A DNA stretch of 64,000 bases from an uncultured Actinomycetota bacterium (lineage in GTDB: Bacteria > Actinomycetota > Actinomycetes > JAFAQI01). The stretch lies in contig CAVYQE010000008.1 of assembly GCA_963770565.1 (NCBI GenBank), forward strand, positions 64,001 to 128,000. Reading direction: 5' to 3'. Below the pieces are notes generated by a model. The model worked only from the letters and a program-made list of their open reading frames with translations, ran no database searches and was not told where the DNA came from. The stretch's first letter is position 1. Each line of letters begins with the position of its first letter. The position numbers and the translations under genes were made by a program. This document shows positions 33,444-42,182 of the stretch, piece after piece.

Positions 33444-33683
33444 TCAGGTGTGCAGCTCGGAAACGACCTCTGGCTCGTCGGAGACGGGGCAGGCCTCGTG
33501 CTGGAGCAAGCCGAACGCGGTACGCCGGACGATGTCGTGCGGCGCGATCCAACCGAAGCACCGGGGGCAGATCGCATCAGTGTCGACGTGCATCACGTTG
33601 CCGCTGAAGTCGTACCCGTAGGGCGCCTCGCGCGGGCGCGGGCTGAGCAACGCAAGCCGCCCCCAACTCGCGTTGCGGCTCAT
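33444..33683 (-). CDS. Small hypothetical protein with CxxC...HxxC (putative Zn finger)
   Basis: 79 aa, GGAGG RBS just upstream of ATG 33683; CPRC...QHEAC. Confidence 0.65.
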   Translation of the reverse strand: MSRNASWGRLALLSPRPREAPYGYDFSGNVMHVDTDAICPRCFGWIAPHDIVRRTAFGLLQHEACPVSDEPEVVSELHT

Positions 33684-33742
33684 GGGCGCCTCCATCCCTT
33701 CCCTCATTTTGGCGGACCGGCTACGAAAATGCGGCCCCGCCA

Positions 33743-33771
33743 CGGTCACAGCTCGGTCACCCTTCGGTTAC
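33743..33771 (+). promoter_or_regulatory. Three direct repeats GTnAC-N6 (OmpR-family, MtrA/GlnR-type box)
   Basis: CGGTCAC (33743), CGGTCAC (33754), CGGTTAC (33765), 11-bp period. Confidence 0.55.
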
Positions 33772-33783
33772 GACGCTGCGCCG

Positions 33784-33902
33784 TACACTGAGATCGTGCT
33801 GACGACGGACTAGAGAGCGCTGGCCGCGGCGCACATTGCGCTTGCCTGCACCGCGCGATATCGCGCTTGCCTGCCCACCCGTCCTCGTCGATCCTCAGGA
33901 GA
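33784..33902 (+). promoter_or_regulatory. Candidate leader of the ABC-F gene: -10 box, leaderless 5-codon uORF and anti-SD region
   Basis: TACACT 33784-89, GTG CTG ACG ACG GAC TAG 33796-33813, complementary GTCCTCGTCGATCCTC 33881-96 next to SD AGGAG. Confidence 0.5.
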
Positions 33903-33907
33903 CTGCC

Positions 33908-35494
33908 GTGCTCACCGCCACCGGTGTCGAGCTGCGCGCCGGCGCGCGCCTGCTGCTCGAGGCTGCCACCTTCCGGGTCGGGACCGGCGACCGGATCGGC
34001 CTGGTCGGCCGCAACGGGGCCGGCAAGACCACCCTGGCCGCGGCGCTGGCCGGCGAGAAGCTCCCAGCCGCGGGCGTGATCGAGCGCCGCGGCTCGGTTG
34101 GCTACCTCCCGCAGGACCCCCGGACCGGGGATCTCGACGTACTCGCCCGTGACCGGGTGCTCTCCGGCCGCGGGCTCGATGTCGTGATCGCCGACCTGCG
34201 GGCGGCCGAGGAGGCGATGGCGGCGGGGGACCAGAAGGCGATCACCGCCTACGGCGCGGCCCAGGAGCGGCTGCACGTGCTCGGCGGGTACGCCGCGGAG
34301 GCCGAGGCGGCTTCGGTCGCCGCGAGCCTTGGCCTCGCGGACCGGGTGCTCGGTCAGCCGCTGCGGACCCTCTCGGGTGGTCAGCGGCGCAGGGTGGAGC
34401 TGGCCCGGATCCTGTTCAGCGGGGCCGACACCCTGCTCCTCGACGAGCCGACCAACCACCTCGACGCAGACTCGATCGTCTGGCTGCGCGACTACCTCCG
34501 CGGTCATCGTGGTGGTCTGGTCGTGATCAGCCACGACGTCGACCTACTCGAGCTGACGGTCAACAAGGTGTTCCATCTCGACGCGACCCGGGCGGTTCTG
34601 GATGTCTACAACGTCGGCTGGCGGGTCTACCTCGCCCAGCGCGAGACCGACGAACGACGGCGCAAGCGGGAGCGCGCCAACGCCGAGAAGAAGGCGGCGG
34701 TCCTCAACGCGCAGGCCGACCGGATGCGGGCCAAGGCGACGAAGGCGGTCGCCGCGCAGCAGATGGCGAAGCGCGCGTCCAAGCTCCTGGCCGGTCTCGA
34801 AGAGGTCCGCAAGTCCGATCGGGTCGCGCGGCTGCGCTTCCCGGAGCCGGCTCCGTGCGGTCGCGTGCCGCTGACCGCGTCCGAGCTGTCCAAGTCGTAC
34901 GGGTCGCTGGAGGTCTTCACCGACGTCGACCTGGCGATCGACCGCGGCAGCCGGGTCGTGGTACTCGGGTTGAACGGTGCCGGCAAGACCACCTTGCTGC
35001 GGATCCTTGCCGGGCTCGAGCCGGCCGACACCGGCACGGTCAACCCCGGACACGGGCTTCGGCTGGGCTACTACGCACAGGAGCACGAGACCCTCGACCC
35101 CCGCGCATCAGTGCTGGCCAACCTGGCCGCAGCCGCGCCGGACATCTCCGAGGCCGACCTGCGCACCGTGCTGGGCTCGTTCCTTTTCAGCGGCGACACC
35201 GTGCAGCAGCCGGCCGGGACGCTGTCCGGCGGGGAGAAGACCCGGCTGGCTCTTGCCCTGCTGGTCGTTTCAAGTGCAAACGTGTTGTTGCTCGACGAGC
35301 CGACCAACAACCTCGACCCGGCAAGTCGTGACCAGGTCCTCGGGGCGCTGCGCTCCTATCGCGGCGCGATCGTGCTGGTGACCCACGATGAAGGCGCGGT
35401 CGAGGCACTCGACCCGCAACGGGTGCTGCTGCTGCCCGATGGTGTCGAGGACCACTGGAGCGCTGAACTAGCGGATCTCGTCGCGCTGGCGTGA
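33908..35494 (+). CDS. ABC-F family ATP-binding protein (ribosome-associated)
   Basis: Two NBDs (GRNGAGKTT and GLNGAGKTT, LLLDEPTN twice), basic helical linker, no TM segments. Confidence 0.94.
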   Translation: MLTATGVELRAGARLLLEAATFRVGTGDRIGLVGRNGAGKTTLAAALAGEKLPAAGVIERRGSVGYLPQDPRTGDLDVLARDRVLSGRGLDVVIADLRAAEEAMAAGDQKAITAYGAAQERLHVLGGYAAEAEAASVAASLGLADRVLGQPLRTLSGGQRRRVELARILFSGADTLLLDEPTNHLDADSIVWLRDYLRGHRGGLVVISHDVDLLELTVNKVFHLDATRAVLDVYNVGWRVYLAQRETDERRRKRERANAEKKAAVLNAQADRMRAKATKAVAAQQMAKRASKLLAGLEEVRKSDRVARLRFPEPAPCGRVPLTASELSKSYGSLEVFTDVDLAIDRGSRVVVLGLNGAGKTTLLRILAGLEPADTGTVNPGHGLRLGYYAQEHETLDPRASVLANLAAAAPDISEADLRTVLGSFLFSGDTVQQPAGTLSGGEKTRLALALLVVSSANVLLLDEPTNNLDPASRDQVLGALRSYRGAIVLVTHDEGAVEALDPQRVLLLPDGVEDHWSAELADLVALA

Positions 35495-35574
35495 GATGCC
35501 CTGAGGGTGGGCACAGACTGAAGTGATATGTGTTGTCAGGGGAGTGCTCGCGGGGGTTTAGCGGAGGTGCGACG

Positions 35575-35781
35575 GTGGCTGAGCTGAAAAAGGGAGTTCG
35601 CGTGACGGGTGTGGAGCGCGACAAGTTGTCGACCGGGCTGAAGAAGAAGTACGACAGCGGCGCGAGCATCCGGGAGCTAGCGGCGTCGACCGGACGCTCG
35701 TACGGCTTCGTACACCGCGTGTTGAGTGAGGCCGGCGTGAACCTTCGTGGGCGCGGTGGCCCCACCCGTAGGAAGAAGTAG
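35575..35781 (+). CDS. gbn: Small HTH nucleoid-associated protein, Gbn (SCO1839)-like
   Basis: LKKGVRVTG...LKKKYDSGASIRELAASTGRSYGFVHRVLSEAGVNLRGRGG; between ABC-F and an enoyl-CoA hydratase as in Streptomyces; GGAGG RBS. Confidence 0.8.
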   Translation: MAELKKGVRVTGVERDKLSTGLKKKYDSGASIRELAASTGRSYGFVHRVLSEAGVNLRGRGGPTRRKK

Positions 35782-35783
35782 AC

Positions 35784-36560
35784 CTGACTGAGGAGGAGTC
35801 GCCGGGCGGAGTCCGCCTCGAGGTCGACGATCAGATCGCCCGGGTGACGTTGTGCCGGCCCGAGCGGCGCAATGCGCAGACCCCCGCCACCTGGCTGGCG
35901 CTGGCCGGCATCGGTGAGTCGTTGCCGGATCAGGTCCGGGTGGTCGTGGTGATCGGCGAAGGCCCGTCGTTCAGTGCAGGCCTCGATCGACGAATGTTCA
36001 CCTCCGAGGGCGTCCCCGGTGAGGGGTCGCTCGACGATGTCGCCGGTCAAGCCGATGAGGTCGCCGCGTCGGTGATCGCCTCCTATCAAGCGGGTTTCAC
36101 CTGGCTCCGGCGCCCCGAGTTCGTGTCGGTCGCGGCCGTGCGCGGTCATGCGGTCGGTGCGGGCTTTCAGCTGGCGCTGGCCTGCGACCTTCGCGTCGTT
36201 GCCGACGACGCGATGTTCACCATGGCCGAGCCGACGCTCGGTCTCGTGCCCGACCTCGGCGGCACGCAACCATTGGTCGAGCTGGTCGGATATGCGCGGG
36301 CGCTCGAGATCTGCGCGACCGGCCGCCGGTTCAGCGCGGCCGAGGCGGAGCGCGCCGGCCTGGCCAATCTCGTCGTACCGGTGGACCAGCTCGAGGCGGC
36401 GACCGCGGACCTCGCGGCGGCGCTTTGCGCGACCAGCCGGGACGCGGTGTCGGCCACCAAGCGCCTGCTGCTCGAGGCGCGCGACCGTAGTTACGACGAG
36501 CAGCTCGCGGCCGAGCGCGAGGCGCAACTGAAGCGGCTGAGGGCGCTGGCCAGAGGCTAA
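35784..36560 (+). CDS. Enoyl-CoA hydratase/isomerase family protein
   Basis: RPERRNA, FSAGLD, GHAVGAGFQLALACD, GLVPDLGG; start tentatively CTG 35784 (first GTG at 35844). Confidence 0.9.
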   Translation: MTEEESPGGVRLEVDDQIARVTLCRPERRNAQTPATWLALAGIGESLPDQVRVVVVIGEGPSFSAGLDRRMFTSEGVPGEGSLDDVAGQADEVAASVIASYQAGFTWLRRPEFVSVAAVRGHAVGAGFQLALACDLRVVADDAMFTMAEPTLGLVPDLGGTQPLVELVGYARALEICATGRRFSAAEAERAGLANLVVPVDQLEAATADLAAALCATSRDAVSATKRLLLEARDRSYDEQLAAEREAQLKRLRALARG

Positions 36561-36570
36561 AGTCGAGCGC

Positions 36571-37719
36571 GTGGACCTATCGCTGAGCCCTGAGCAGGAT
36601 GCGACCCGTCGAGCCCTTCGGGAGTGGGTTGACGCGGTGGTCGCACCGCAGGCAATCCGCAACGATCGCGAGGAGCGCTTCCCGCAGGAAGCGCTCGACG
36701 GCCTGATTCGTGACGGCTGGATCGGGCTGACGATCCCGGAGGAGTACGGCGGCGGTGGTGCCGACCCGCTGACCTACTGTCTGGTGATCGAGGAGCTCGG
36801 CCGCGGCGATGCCAATGTGCGCTCGATCCTCTCGGTCCACCTCGGCCTGGTCGCCGGCTCGATCGGCCGCTGGGGCACGGCCGAGCAGAAGCAGCAATGG
36901 CTGCCGCGGATGGCGACCGGCGAGGCGCTCGGCTGCTTCTGCTTGACCGAGCCCGATCACGGATCCGACCCGGCCTCGCTCGAGTCGACGGCGGTCAAGG
37001 AGGGTGACTCCTATCGGCTGAACGGGTCGAAGATCTTCATCACCAACGGCGACATCGCCGGGGTTGCGCTCGTGATGGCGCGTACCGGTGGCCCGGGTGC
37101 TCGCGGGGTGTCGGCGTTCCTGGTGCCGTGCGACACGGCCGGCTTCACGCCGAAGCCGATCCACGGCAAGCTCGGCCTGCGCTCGTGCGACACCGCCGAG
37201 ATCGCGATGGACGATGTCGTGGTGCCGGCCTCAGCGTTGCTCGGTCAGGAGGGCGACGGCATCAAGGTCGCGCTGTCGGCGCTCGACGACGGCCGGATGT
37301 CGCTGGCCGCCTCATGCACCGGGCTTGCGCAGAACGCGCTCGAGGCGATGACGGCGTACTCCCAGCAGCGCGAGCAGTTCGGCAAGCCGATCGCCGGCTT
37401 CCAGCTGATCCAGGAGCTGGTCTCGGACACCGCGGTCGAGGTCGAGGCGGCCCGGCTGCTGACCTGGCGGGTGGCGGACCTGAAGATCCGCGGCGAGAAG
37501 TACACGCTGGCCGCGTCGATGGCGAAGTACTACGCGTCGGAGGCCTCGGTGCGGGCCGCCAATGCCGCCGTGCAAGTGCACGGCGGCTACGGGTACGTCG
37601 ACGAGTTCGTCGTCGGCAAGCTGCTGCGGGACGCGCGCGTGACCACGTTGTACGAAGGCACCTCCCAGGTGCAGAAGCTCCTGATCGGCCGCGCCGTCAC
37701 TGGCATCTCCGCCTTCTGA
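36571..37719 (+). CDS. Acyl-CoA dehydrogenase
   Basis: FCLTEPDHGSD, LNGSKIFITNG, REQFGKPI, QVHGGYGY, LYEGTSQVQK. Confidence 0.95.
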   Translation: MDLSLSPEQDATRRALREWVDAVVAPQAIRNDREERFPQEALDGLIRDGWIGLTIPEEYGGGGADPLTYCLVIEELGRGDANVRSILSVHLGLVAGSIGRWGTAEQKQQWLPRMATGEALGCFCLTEPDHGSDPASLESTAVKEGDSYRLNGSKIFITNGDIAGVALVMARTGGPGARGVSAFLVPCDTAGFTPKPIHGKLGLRSCDTAEIAMDDVVVPASALLGQEGDGIKVALSALDDGRMSLAASCTGLAQNALEAMTAYSQQREQFGKPIAGFQLIQELVSDTAVEVEAARLLTWRVADLKIRGEKYTLAASMAKYYASEASVRAANAAVQVHGGYGYVDEFVVGKLLRDARVTTLYEGTSQVQKLLIGRAVTGISAF

Positions 37720-37802
37720 CAAGCAATGTCACATTGCCCCCCACTTCGTGGGGGCAATGTGACAGCACCCCAAGAAACCCCTGGGCAATGTGACATTGCT
37801 TG
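37720..37802 (-). repeat. Dispersed triple-palindrome element, copy 2 (inverted)
   Basis: Motif centres at 37730, 37761 and 37792; begins at the first base after the upstream stop codon. Confidence 0.92.
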
Positions 37803-37811
37803 GAACGAGGG

Positions 37812-38603
37812 TTAGAGCTCGGTGCGGAGGGCCCAGAGCAGAGGGAAGAAGCGCAGGTCCCGGCGATCACGGAGATAGCCGACGCCGGTGGAGCCGCCGG
37901 TTCCCGGCTTGTAGCCGATCTGCCGTTCGACGACCGTGGCATGCAGCGCCCGCCACTGCGCGGACAGCTCGTCGTGGGAGATCAGGCCCTCTGCAACGTC
38001 CCAGATCTCGCCGTACGCGTCTCGGCCGCGCGCAACCGCCAGCAACGATGCCCGGACGCCGTCCGGCGTTTCGGTCGCCAGGCCGCGCGCGGCGAGCGTC
38101 TGCACGAACCCGTCCCACAGCGACGGCTCGTCGAGCCGCCGCTGCAGTCGAGCTTCCTCGAGCGGGTTCGCCCAGCGTAGCCGGGTCATGACCGCCGGGT
38201 CCTTCAGTCCGGAGAGGAACTCCAGCTCGCGGAACTGCACGGACTGGAAGCCGGACGCCGGCGCCAGCAAGGTTCGGAAGTCGAGGAAGTCCTGCGGCGT
38301 CATGGTCTCGAGGACCGGCAGCTGCGCGATCAGCACCTGCTCGATCTGGGTGACCCTGGTCAGCCGATGGCGCGCCGTCCACAACGCGGTGTCGACCGGG
38401 TCGAGCAGGAGATCGCGCACCGTGGTGAGCTCGTGGAGGAGCTGCTTGAACCACAGCTCGTAGACCTGGTGGATGGTGATGAACAGCAGCTCGTCGTGCG
38501 CCGGTGGGCTCGACTCGGGCACCTGCTGGTCGAGCAGGACGTCGAGATGCAGGTATCCGCCGTACGACAGTCGCCCGCCCTGTTCACCGAACTGAGTGGT
38601 CAT
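37812..38603 (-). CDS. kynA: Tryptophan 2,3-dioxygenase
   Basis: HDELLFITIHQVYELWFKQ, ASGFQSVQFR, KPGTGGSTGVGYL. Confidence 0.95.
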   Translation of the reverse strand: MTTQFGEQGGRLSYGGYLHLDVLLDQQVPESSPPAHDELLFITIHQVYELWFKQLLHELTTVRDLLLDPVDTALWTARHRLTRVTQIEQVLIAQLPVLETMTPQDFLDFRTLLAPASGFQSVQFRELEFLSGLKDPAVMTRLRWANPLEEARLQRRLDEPSLWDGFVQTLAARGLATETPDGVRASLLAVARGRDAYGEIWDVAEGLISHDELSAQWRALHATVVERQIGYKPGTGGSTGVGYLRDRRDLRFFPLLWALRTEL

Positions 38604-38687
38604 GGTGCTGAGCGTAGGTGAGGCGGCGACCTAGGCTGGGGAAGCGATGAGCGCTCCGCGACGTTTCAACCGGCGGAGGATCGCTAC

Positions 38688-40595
38688 GTGTCGATGAACA
38701 GCAGCTGGCACATCGCGGCGTCGTTTCGCAACGACCGGTCGGTGACCGACAAGAAACTGCCGCCCGGGACGGTACGCCGGATCGTGCGGTTCGCCGCGCC
38801 GTACCGTCGCGAGCTCGTCTACTTCCTGATCCTGATCGTCCTCGACGCCGTGATCGGTGCGGTCAACCCGCTCATCTTCCGCGCGATCATCGATCAAGGC
38901 ATCGGCCACCACCGGCTCGGGCTCACCGAGCTGCTGGCCGGCCTGATCGCCGTGCTGGCGGTGCTCGACGGCATCGACTCGCTCGCCAACCGCTGGTTCT
39001 CGGCGCGCATCGGCGAGGGTCTGATCTACGACATGCGGTCGAAGGTCTTCGAGCACATCCAGCGGATGCCGATCGCCTTCTTCACCCGGACCCAGACCGG
39101 CGCCCTGATCAGCCGGATCAACAACGACGTGCTCGGCGCGCAGCAAGCCTTCACCGGGACGCTGTCGAACGTGGTCAGCAACCTGATCAGCGTCTCGCTC
39201 GTGCTGGCCACGATGTTCTACCTGTCCTGGCAGATCACGTTGATCGCCTTGATCCTGTTGCCGTTGTTCGTGGTGCCGGCCCGGCTGATGGCGGGGCGGC
39301 TGCAACGCATCACTCGTGAGAGCTACGTGCTCAACGCCGACATGTCCACTCAGATGTCGGAGCGGTTCAACGTGGCCGGCGCGTTGCTGGTCAAGCTGTT
39401 CGGGCGGCCCGCCGACGAAGCCGGCCTGTTCCGCACGAGGGCCCGCCGGGTGGCCGACATCGGCGTGACGCAGGCGATGTACGCCCGAGTGTTCCTGGTC
39501 TCGTTGTCCCTGGTTGCGGCGCTGGCGACCGCGCTGGTCTACGGGCTCGGTGGCCGGTTCGCGATCCAAGGGTCGCTCACGGTCGGCACGGTCGTGGCCT
39601 TGTCGGCGTACCTTGCCAGGCTCTACGGCCCGCTGACCTCGTTGTCGAACGTGCAGGTCGACGTGATGACCGCGCTGGTGAGCTTCGACCGGGTCTTCGA
39701 GGTGCTCGACCTCACCCCGTCGATCGCCGACGCGCCGGACGCGATCGACCTCCAGGTCGAGCCCGGCCGCGCGGTCGCCGTGGAGTTCGACCACGTCGAC
39801 TTCCGCTACCCGACCGCGGCCGAGGTGTCGCTCGCGTCGCTGGAGTCGGTCGCGGTGCTCGACAACGCGCCGGAGCGCCAGGTCCTGTTCGACGTGACGT
39901 TCCGCGCCGAGCCGGGGCAGCTGGTGGCGCTGGTCGGGCCGTCCGGCGCCGGCAAGACCACGATCTCGCAACTCGTCACCCGGATGTACGACGTGCAGTC
40001 CGGCGCGGTCCGGGTCGGGGACCACGATGTTCGCGAGCTCACGCTGACGTCGCTGCGAAACGTCGTGGGCGTGGTCACCCAGGACGCCCACATGTTCCAC
40101 GACACGATCCGCCAGAACCTGATCTACGCCAAGCCGAGCGTCACCGAGGCCGAGATGTGGGACGTGATCGACGGCGCCCAGATCGGCGACCTGATCCGCT
40201 CGCTGCCGGACGGTCTCGACACCCTGGTCGGGGACCGCGGCTACCGACTCTCGGGCGGGGAGAAGCAACGGCTCGCGATCGCGCGGCTGTTGCTAAAGGC
40301 GCCGGCCGTGGTGGTGCTCGACGAGGCGACCGCGCACCTGGACTCCGAGTCCGAGGTCGCGGTCCAGCGGGCCCTCTCGACCGCGCTGTCCGGGCGCACG
40401 TCGATCGTGATCGCGCATCGACTGTCGACCGTGCGCGAGGCCGACATGATCCTCGTCGTCGACGACGGCCGGATCGTCGAGCAGGGGACGCACGACGAGC
40501 TGATCGACGCGGCCGGGCTCTATTCCGAGCTCTACCACACGCAGTTCGAGCGCCATGAAAATATGACGACGTACGACGATCCGCTTCCGGCCTGA
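38688..40595 (+). CDS. ABC exporter, fused TMD-NBD
   Basis: N-terminal TM domain, GPSGAGKTT, RGYRLSGGEKQR, LDEATAHLD, IAHRLST. Confidence 0.93.
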   Translation: MSMNSSWHIAASFRNDRSVTDKKLPPGTVRRIVRFAAPYRRELVYFLILIVLDAVIGAVNPLIFRAIIDQGIGHHRLGLTELLAGLIAVLAVLDGIDSLANRWFSARIGEGLIYDMRSKVFEHIQRMPIAFFTRTQTGALISRINNDVLGAQQAFTGTLSNVVSNLISVSLVLATMFYLSWQITLIALILLPLFVVPARLMAGRLQRITRESYVLNADMSTQMSERFNVAGALLVKLFGRPADEAGLFRTRARRVADIGVTQAMYARVFLVSLSLVAALATALVYGLGGRFAIQGSLTVGTVVALSAYLARLYGPLTSLSNVQVDVMTALVSFDRVFEVLDLTPSIADAPDAIDLQVEPGRAVAVEFDHVDFRYPTAAEVSLASLESVAVLDNAPERQVLFDVTFRAEPGQLVALVGPSGAGKTTISQLVTRMYDVQSGAVRVGDHDVRELTLTSLRNVVGVVTQDAHMFHDTIRQNLIYAKPSVTEAEMWDVIDGAQIGDLIRSLPDGLDTLVGDRGYRLSGGEKQRLAIARLLLKAPAVVVLDEATAHLDSESEVAVQRALSTALSGRTSIVIAHRLSTVREADMILVVDDGRIVEQGTHDELIDAAGLYSELYHTQFERHENMTTYDDPLPA

Positions 40596-40622
40596 GCGCC
40601 TTCTCGCGGTTAGTCTTCGACC

Positions 40623-41384
40623 ATGCCTGTGAAGTCGGAGTACAGCCCCGGATCACCGTGCTGGATCGACGTCTCGTCCGCCGATGTCGAGGAGTCCCTG
40701 GAGTTCTACTCGGGCCTGTTCGGCTGGGAGGGCGAGGAGCAAGGGCCAGCGGCCCAGGGATACACGATCTGCACCCTCGGCGGCCGGACCGTCGCCGGCA
40801 TCGCGCCGATCATGGACAACGACAACCCGCCGCGCTGGTCGATCTACATCTGCACCGCGGACATCAACGTCACCACGGCCGCGGTCAAGGAGGCCGGTGG
40901 CACCGTCGTCGGCGGGCCGCTGGACGTCTTCGAGGCCGGCCAGATGGCGGTCTACCACGACTCGACCGGCGGCGAGATCACCGCCTGGCAACCCAACCAG
41001 CACCACGGGTCGGAGCTGATCGACGAGCCGAACGCGTGGAGCTGGTCCGAGCTGCTCGGCCGTGATCTCGACGCCGCAGTCGCCTTCTACGAGGCGGTCT
41101 TCGGCTGGGGGATCCGCCGCGGCGAGGACTACAGCGAGTGGCAGTTCGAGGGGCACACCGTCGGCGGTTTCATGACCATGCCGGAGATCGCGCCGATCGA
41201 GATTCCGCCGATGTGGCTGCCGTACATCGCGGTGACCAACGTCGACAAGGCGGTCACCCGCGCGACCGAGCTCGGCGGCAGCGTCCGGATGCCGCCGCAG
41301 GACATCCCGGACGGCCGGTTCGCGGTGATCAACGATGTCCATGGAGCCGGCCTCGGCGTGCTGCGGCTCACTCCGGAGGACTGA
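40623..41384 (+). CDS. VOC/glyoxalase family protein (CFP32-like, two domains)
   Basis: PGSPCWID, FYSGLFGW, FYEAVFGW. Confidence 0.9.
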   Translation: MPVKSEYSPGSPCWIDVSSADVEESLEFYSGLFGWEGEEQGPAAQGYTICTLGGRTVAGIAPIMDNDNPPRWSIYICTADINVTTAAVKEAGGTVVGGPLDVFEAGQMAVYHDSTGGEITAWQPNQHHGSELIDEPNAWSWSELLGRDLDAAVAFYEAVFGWGIRRGEDYSEWQFEGHTVGGFMTMPEIAPIEIPPMWLPYIAVTNVDKAVTRATELGGSVRMPPQDIPDGRFAVINDVHGAGLGVLRLTPED

Positions 41385-41414
41385 GACCGCGCTCGCCCGG
41401 CGCGGTGATGCCGA

Positions 41415-42161
41415 TCAGAGCAGGCGCAGCGCGCCGCCGTCGACCGGAATGAAGCATCCGGTGAGGTACGACGCGGCCGGGGAGAGCACGAATGCCGCGA
41501 CGCGACCGAACTCGGCCGGGTCGGCGTAGCGCCGGAGCGGGATGCGCGCGGCGATCGTCTCGCGGTCGGCCGGCTCCGGGGTGAGAACGAGGCTTCGTTC
41601 GGTGAGCACCCGGCCGGGCAGCAGCCCGACCACCCGGAGCCCGTCCGGCCCGATCTCGTCGGCGAGCTGCTTGGCCCACATCGCGAGGCCGGGTCGAAGC
41701 CCGTTCGAGATCGCCAGACCGTCCATCGGGCTCTTGGTCGTCGTCGAGAGCACGAGCGCCACCGCGCCGCCCGGGCTGAGGAGCGGCACGACGGCCCGGG
41801 TGATGCGGACCGCGCCGAGGAACACCGACTCGAACGCGTCGCGCCACTGCTGGTCGGTGGCCCCGAGTGCGCTCGTGGCGGGTGGCCCGCCGACGCTGAT
41901 CAACGCGCCGTCGAGGCGCCCCCAGCGATCCATTGCGGCTGCGGCCAGCTGCTCGGCGGTCGAGGGGTCTGCGATGTCGGCGGCGATCCCGGTGGCTGAC
42001 TCCGCGCCGAATTGGGCGAGGGCGGCATCGACCGACTCCTGGGTTCGCGATGACACGACCACCCGGGCGCCCTCGCCGACCAGCACGACGGCAGCCGCAA
42101 GTCCAAGCCCTCTCGTGCCGCCGGTGATGATGTACACGCGGTCGCGAAGGCCAAGATCCAT
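41415..42161 (-). CDS. SDR family oxidoreductase
   Basis: MDLGL, TGGTRGLG, SNGLRPGL, IPVDGG. Confidence 0.92.
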   Translation of the reverse strand: MDLGLRDRVYIITGGTRGLGLAAAVVLVGEGARVVVSSRTQESVDAALAQFGAESATGIAADIADPSTAEQLAAAAMDRWGRLDGALISVGGPPATSALGATDQQWRDAFESVFLGAVRITRAVVPLLSPGGAVALVLSTTTKSPMDGLAISNGLRPGLAMWAKQLADEIGPDGLRVVGLLPGRVLTERSLVLTPEPADRETIAARIPLRRYADPAEFGRVAAFVLSPAASYLTGCFIPVDGGALRLL

Positions 42162-42182
42162 GACGAACCCTTTCGGTCCGGG

